NCBI GenBank assembly: GCA_964016885.1
Contig: OZ024743.1
Coordinates: 201,066,001-201,130,000 of the forward strand
Origin: Eledone cirrhosa
Lineage: Eukaryota
Direction of reading: 5' to 3'
DNA: 64,000 bases
The position numbers and the translations under genes were made by a program. The notes beneath the pieces were generated by a model that was not told where the DNA came from, ran no database searches, and saw nothing but the letters and a program-made list of their open reading frames with translations. This document shows, one piece after another, positions 57,058-64,000 of this stretch. The number at the start of each line of letters is the position of its first letter. The first letter of the stretch is position 1.

Positions 57058-59480
57058 GTAGAAATGCTTGAGCGTAAGGAGGTTGATGTTTGCTGTATCC
57101 AAGTCACCAGGTGGAGGGGTGGGTCTGCTAGATTCATTGGTGGGTAAAAAACGATGCTATAAGCTTTTCTGGGTGGGAAATGACAATGGGCTGGGTGGAG
57201 TAGGAATCATGGTAGCAGAAAAATGGGTAGATAAGATAATACACGGAAATAGAGTGGGCGACAGAATAATTAGAATAAGACTTGTCCTAAATAGAACTGT
57301 GACAGTAATATCTGCGTATGCACCCCAATCTGGACTGCCTGGCATTATAGAAGACAGATTCTATGAGATATTGATGCGCACTACCTCCCAAATAACTGAC
57401 AGTGACTACATAATTATTGCTGGCGACCTAAATGGTCACATTGGACAACATTGTGACGGCTATCACGGAATCCATGGAGGCTATGGGTTTGCTACTAGAA
57501 ATGAGGAAGGCTCCAGAATCCTGGAATTCTGTGACGCAAATAACCTAACTATCTGTAACACTAACTTCAAAAAAACGAGACAATCACTTGATCACCTATA
57601 GATCAGGGGAACACACAAACCAGTCAGATAGATTATATCCTTACCAGAAGACATGATAGAATGTCTGTGGTAAACACTAAATCCCATCCCCATGAAGAAT
57701 GCCCCTCCCAACATAAACTCATAGTCAGGACAAGACGTACTCAACAACAGAAGAGGACTATACTCAGGAGAAAAAAATGGAAGCTAAAGGACCCCACAGC
57801 CAGTAATAAATTTAAAAGCATATTACTTGATGCTTTCGACAGTAAGGAAGAGCAATTAAAGTCTTACAATATAGAGGAACAGTGGGAATACCTGAAACTA
57901 ACCTGCTGAAGGCGGCAGATGAAGTCTGTGGCTGGAGCAGGCCTATAGGCAGGAGTAGAGTAACGTGGTGGTGGAACAGTAAGGTGGAGGAGTCAATTAA
58001 GGCCAAAAAGCAGGCTTGGAAGGTATGGCGGGATGGGGGATATAGAGAAGACTATCAATTGGCCAGGAGGGAAGCTAGGAAATGAGTGTACTTTGCAAGA
58101 AGGGAAGCAGAGGAAAAATGTTCAAGCATGTTCTACAACACGAGGACCAAAAATGTGAGGTATTCAGGATTGCTAGGCAATGTGTCAAGGAAAACCGTGA
58201 TATTGTCGGGGAGAAGTGTGTCCTTAATGATGATGGTGTACTTGCCATCACAGATGCTGATAAGAAGGTAGCTTGGAAGTGTCACTCCGAAAGGCTACTA
58301 AATGAGGAGAATAAATGGGAGAAAGACAGTCTTCCCCACATCGACCCAATAAAGGGACCAGCAGTGTTAGTCGAAGGTAGTATAATAAGTAAGGCAATCA
58401 AAGATATGAAGACAGGTAAGGCGGCTGGGCCTTCGGAAATAGTTGCTGAAATGGTGAAAGCATCTGGAACGGTGGGACACACTATGGTCACCCGGATAGT
58501 AAACCAAGTCATACAGAATGGGGTCGTTCCGAAGGACTGGCGTAGCATTAACTGCTACAAGGGTAAAGGTGATGTCTTAGATAGGGGTAACTATAGAAGC
58601 ATTAAATTAATCGACCAGGTCATGAAGGTCACAGAAAAAGTAATAGCGCAACTAATCAGAGAGCAAATTGATCTAGATAAAATGCAATGTTACATGGCAG
58701 TGAAACCTGGGCATTGTGTGCAGAGGATAGAAGCAGACTGGAGAGGAACGAAGCTTTCATACTCCGCTGGATGTGTAATAGTAATATATGTGAACGGCAA
58801 AGCATAACGAATAAATTGAGAAATTAGGAATAAGAGGGATCAGATGTTGTTTACTCGAGAGAAGGCTACGTTGGTACGGTCACGTGATGCGCATGAAAGA
58901 CGACAGCTGTATAAAAAAGTGCAAGGCGATAAAAATAGACGGTAGCCATGGAGTGGGCAGACCCAGAAAAATCTGGGACGACTTGATAAATTCGGACCTC
59001 ACACACTTACACCTCTCCAAGACAATGTCACTGGACCGAGATCTTTGGCGCTACACAGTAATACCGAAGACCCGCCTTGCCTAAGTACAAAGAGAAACCT
59101 ACAGTCAGTAGGCACCTCTAACAAAAATACACCCCCATCGCACTACCACCACCGCCATCCACACCACCCCTTTCAATGTAAAGTCATGTTGGTACCACAA
59201 CATCCAGTCCTAAACAAATGAAGTCGTGTAGGTGTCACGACAAAAAAACACACAGTCCACGCTGTAATGTGGCCGTGTAGGTAACACGGTAAAAACATCC
59301 CAGTTCCACACTGTAAACGTGGTTGGTGTTAGGAAGGGCATCCAGCCATAGAAAACCCGCCAGGCAGTCCTATACGAGCAAGAGCACCAATCTTGCCTCA
59401 TGTGGTAAAATTCCCGTCCAAACCCATGCAAGCGTGGAAGATGGACGTTAAACGATGATGATGATGATGATGATGATGAT
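57058..59480 (+). mobile_element. RTE LINE with APE endonuclease region and a large internal deletion removing most of the RT
   Basis: GVGIMV, VISAYAPQ, IAGDLNGHIG, NEEGSRILEFC; junction at ~58686 joins DKMQ to the LHGSET region. Confidence 0.93.
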
Positions 59481-59648
59481 ATAAATATATATATTTATTT
59501 AACTTAAATGTCTGTATAGAGCTAGTAAGCCATGACAGACTGATGCTGAGAATAACTGCTACATGGATGTTGGGATCCAGTAATAGCATAAGGTATCTGC
59601 TAAGGAGTGATGAGGGAAATACGGACTTGGATATACATATATATGTGT

Positions 59649-61225
59649 ATCATCATCATCATCATCATCAACGTTTAACGTCCGTGTTCCACGCTTGCAT
59701 GGGTTTGGACGGGGGTTTTCCCACTTGAGGCAAGAGTGATTGTCTTGCTCGCATAGGACTGTCTGGCAGGTTTTCTACAGTTGGATGCCTTTCCTAACAC
59801 CAACCACATTTACAGTGTGGAACTGGGAGGTTTTTACCGTGTTGCTTACACGGCCACATTACAGCGTAGACTGAGTGTTTTTTGGTCGTGACACCTACAC
59901 GATCTCATTTGTTTCGGCCTGGATGGTGTGGCACCAACATAACTTTACATAGAAGGGGGCCGTGTGGATGGGGTGGGGGTGGTGGGACGGGGGTGTATTT
60001 TGTTAGAGATGCCTACTGACTGTAGTAGGTTTTACTATGTATTTAGGTAAGGCGGGTCTTCTCTATTACTGAGTACCGCCAAAGGTCTCGGTCCAGTGAC
60101 ATTGTCTTGGAGAGGTGTAAGTGTGTGAGGTCGGAATTTATCAGCTCGTCCCAGGTTTTTCTAGGTCTGCCTATTCCGTGGCTACCGTCTATCTTTATTG
60201 CCCTGCACTTTGTTATACAGCTATCGACTTTCATGCGCATCACGTGTCCATACCAACATAGCCTTCTCTCGAGTAAACAACATCTGATCCCTCTTATTTC
60301 TAATTTTTTCCTTAATTCGTTTATGCTTTGCCGTTCACGTATATTACTATTACACATCCAGCGGAGCATGCAAGCTTCGTTCCTCTCTAGTCTGCGTATA
60401 TCCTCTGCACACAATGCCCAGGTCTCATTGCCATGCAACATTGCTGTTCGTATGCAGGCATCATACAACCTGCCTTTCGTTTTTAGGGAGAACCCTTTAG
60501 CGGCTAATAGTGGTATAAGCTCTCTGAACTTTTTCCATCCAGTTCTGACTCTAGCTACTGTACTTTCAGAGCACCCTCCACCACTGCTGATTTTGTCACC
60601 CAGGTAATGGAAGCTGTCCACTATTTCTATAGAGCCCTCTGCGCAGTTGAAAGAGCTAGTATTTTGTGGGCACTTGCTGCCACTTATTGCACCAGAGCAC
60701 CGGCCACATGTGAAATCTATGTTCTTAGTTAGCTTACCTGTGATCCCACTACATCTTTTAGGCACCCATACTTTGCATTTCTGACACAAAATGGAGTTTC
60801 TACCTACGCCTTTCCTACACACTGAGCATGGCCACTTCCCGGAAGGGACCGCCGCCTTATTTTCTTTCCTACAAACTAGAACTTTGGTCTTAGCCAGATT
60901 AATTTTAAGGCCTTTTGATTCTAGGCCGTGCTTCCATGTTTGGAATTTCTTCTCTAGCTCGGCCATCGATTCAGCTATGAGTGTTAGGTCGTCTGCGTAT
61001 AGGAGTTTCCATGGGCAGCCGGTCTTGAACTCCTCTATTATAGCCTGAAGGGCAATAATAAATAGTAGGGGGCTGAGAACAGCCTTGATGGACGCCAACT
61101 TTTACGCTAAACTCTTCACTATATTCGTTGTTAATTCTAAACCTTGCTGACTGTTTCTTTATACATGGCTTGTATAGCTCTCACAAGCCATTCGTCGACA
61201 CCTAGTTTTCTAAGGGCCCACCAGA
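59649..61225 (-). mobile_element. 5'-truncated RTE LINE (main family), tail-to-tail with the previous copy
   Basis: ORF 60043-61098 with YADD and finger; truncation abuts (TA)n. Confidence 0.95.
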
Positions 61226-61271
61226 TATATATATATACATATATATATATATACATGTACACCCACACATA

Positions 61272-61491
61272 CAGGGGTGGGGGTGCTGAAAATTTCCTGG
61301 CTCTGGGTAAAAGAAAATACAGGAGGTTCAGTTAATTATGATTTTATCCAACCTATTCCCCTTTTAGATTCACACACTTATTGCAGCATCCCATAATTTT
61401 TTATAAGCACTATAAAAAGAACTTGGAAAGTTCGGCCTCCAACTACTCTTTTACTATACACTTAAAGCCAAAACTTTTCAGCACCCCCTCA
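61272..61491. mobile_element. mariner-type MITE
   Basis: TIR-like ends gggggtgctgaaaattt / aacttttcagcaccccctc; TA flanks. Confidence 0.65.
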
Positions 61492-62412
61492 TATATGATA
61501 ATTTTCTACACTTTCCTTCTATGGAATTCCACTCACAAAGTGTTTGATCAACCCAAGGCTATAATAAAATACACATGCCCAAAATGCTACACTACAGGCT
61601 TGAACCCAGAACCACAGAGTTGTTAAGCAAACTCCTTAACTACACAGGCATGCCTGTTATATAAATATATTTTTTGTATTACTTTTACTTTTATTTTTAT
61701 CATATTTTTACCATTTTTAAAACAATAATAATGATATAAGAAAATATATACAAATATAATTTCTTGTTTTTAAAGTTAGAAACAGATTTCTGAAATTAGA
61801 TTTAATAATTAGATTTGTTGTTTTATCTTTAAATAACTATTTTTTCCCTTTTGTCATTTTTTTCTCATTTGTGCCATTTGTTAAAATAACGGAAATAAAA
61901 GAAAAAGAAATATTAAAAGAAGAAAAAAACATTAAAAAATAACATCTTTTGTTTTTAATGAAGTTTTGAAATAAAATCTATAGTTTTTCATTCTTGAAGG
62001 AATTTTTATTAGAATATTGATATTAAATAATCCTTTTTCTTTAAATGCTAGCTATAATATGACTTCTGGACAGGAAAATAATGAAAAGAACTCTGTATGA
62101 CTACAGAATGTTTTAGTCTTGCTTAATGTTGTGTTAAGAAAATAAAAAATAAACAAAAAAAAAAGAGGAACCCAGAATAGGTGGAAGTGGGGGTAAATCA
62201 TTGTTAAATTAGTTTTCGTAAAGAATTTCCTGAAAAGGAATTTGAAATACACCTGGGATATTTTAGAATTTATTGGAATACAGTTTTCTTCTTCCTGCCA
62301 GTATTTTTAGAGTTTGCTCTAAGAAAATTATTGAAAATAGTTTATAATGAAAGTAGGTTTTTTTTAATATGCACACACACACACACACATATATATATAT
62401 GTATTTAAACAA

Positions 62413-62446
<34 letters not shown>

Positions 62447-62454
62447 ATATGTAT

Positions 62455-62485
<31 letters not shown>

Positions 62486-63177
62486 CGTAAAAAGTATCTA
62501 AATGTGTTACTTAAAGTTATAGTTCCATCCACCATGATTTTATGTAAGTGCCTTTGTTATGTTTTGTTCCAAATAGCACATAAAGAATGAGAAAATTAAT
62601 TATATAACTAAATCACCCAAAATTTGTGAATATTTTCAAAATGATTTGAAAATCATTAAAAGTGTTTTTTTTTCAGAAATATGGTTAACACAATACACCA
62701 CTTCACACCACCAATAGCAAGCTTGTTCCCTAAAATACCATAAATGCATAATTTCCCTGTATTTTTTATTTTTACACCTAGATGTCATGTTGTAAGTACA
62801 TTGCCAAGTTTGGTAGTAAGGATGTGAGGGTAGAGACTTCAACTAAAGAGATGATAGGTTCTCACATATTGCTTGAATTATTGGTATACCAGCCTGGCTG
62901 AAACTGCCCATGGTTTTGTATTACAAAACTGCAAATTTTAAACTGTTCCTCCTTATATTAAAACTTTATGTAAGAATTTTTTTGTTATGTAATGTTCCAA
63001 ACATTAATTTAATAAATAAAAAATTATTTTACTAAAGTTTCCCAATTTAGCTTTTAGTATTTTCAAAATTAATTGAAACACGGTTTTTCATTTAAATATG
63101 AGAGTGAAAGAGTTAAAATAATAGAAATACAAATATAGTTAGTTTAAACACACACACGTGCACACACACATACACAC

Positions 63178-63224
<47 letters not shown>

Positions 63225-63720
63225 TACATCTGTAGGCAGGATTCTATCCTAGAGCATTTATTAACACATTGTCTTAAGAACTCCTAACTCTTATGTGACA
63301 GCTCCAGATACAATTAATTGCAAGATTTAGGCATATTTGGTGGTGGTGATGGTGAAGGTGGTTTACAGGATATTTTTTGTAATATTTGTCATAACATTTA
63401 AGAATTACACCACTGAAAATTACAATATCGCTGTTAGCTTCTTAAATGTAAGGAATAGAGACTGATAAAAACAATTATGGGAGAGGGATAATTTTGTGAG
63501 TATAGGAAACATGCTTTACATAGAATTTATTTTGTTTTAATGAAGTTTTGCATGGAATTCTATCACTTGAGACATGACAAACCTATAAATTTTCAAATAT
63601 TTCAAATAGCAATGCTCAAGGTAAACATTCGGTAAATTTTAGATCATTGATTAGTGATAATTTAATTTGAGGTAGAGACACAGTTGGTTATGTCAGTAAA
63701 TAGGGTATTACACTACAAAG

Positions 63721-63957
63721 TTAACTCTTTTGATACTAACCTGACCAAAACTGGCTCTGGTTCAATTATTCAGAACCAGCCATATTAAATGGTTCCAATT
63801 TAAATATAATTTTTTTTAACATAATTTTATATCAGATCCATATGATATGTTACTGATTAATTAATCAAATAATAGTTTTAGTAAACCTCTCAAAATCTTT
63901 CATTAAGTAATTGAAATAGAGAGGTTTTCATAAGAAATATGGTTAAGAAAAGGTTAA
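63721..63957. mobile_element. degenerate TTAA-flanked MITE (related copy at ~62875-63116)
   Basis: ttaa-ctctttt ... aaaagg-ttaa; shared aacctgaccaaaactgg and aattgaaa motifs. Confidence 0.4.
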
Positions 63958-64000
63958 ATAAATCAACATCAGCATTAGACATCACCCTAAAAAGAAAATG

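Overview
AT-rich, repeat-saturated eukaryotic intergenic or intronic DNA with no confidently identifiable host gene. The repeat content (long (TA)n/(CA)n tracts, RTE-clade LINEs with (GAT)n tails, tRNA-derived SINEs) suggests an octopus or other coleoid cephalopod; this is inference. About 15 RTE LINE fragments are present. The main family carries a C4HC3 PHD-like finger just downstream of the RT YADD motif; its longest ORF is 797 aa at 51587-53980. Two tRNA-SINE families and mariner, hAT and piggyBac-like DNA transposon relics also occur. The main discovery is at 6442-12383: a ~5.9-kb giant palindrome of 14 almost identical 422-bp units (8 in one orientation, 6 inverted), inserted in (TA)n. 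Every unit carries a type I hammerhead ribozyme motif (CUGACGA...GAAA-CUAG-UA, palindromic stem III). A diverged relative with compensatory stem changes and the same fold-back layout lies at 55507-56645. At least four other short hammerhead-bearing element families in the window show the same geometry: inserted in (TA)n, folded back, with ribozyme-sense 3' ends pointing outward. This suggests a family of retrozyme or Penelope-like circular ribozyme RNAs integrated by twin-primed rolling-circle reverse transcription into AT microsatellites. All structures were read by eye; no folding or database search was run, and many boundaries are approximate.
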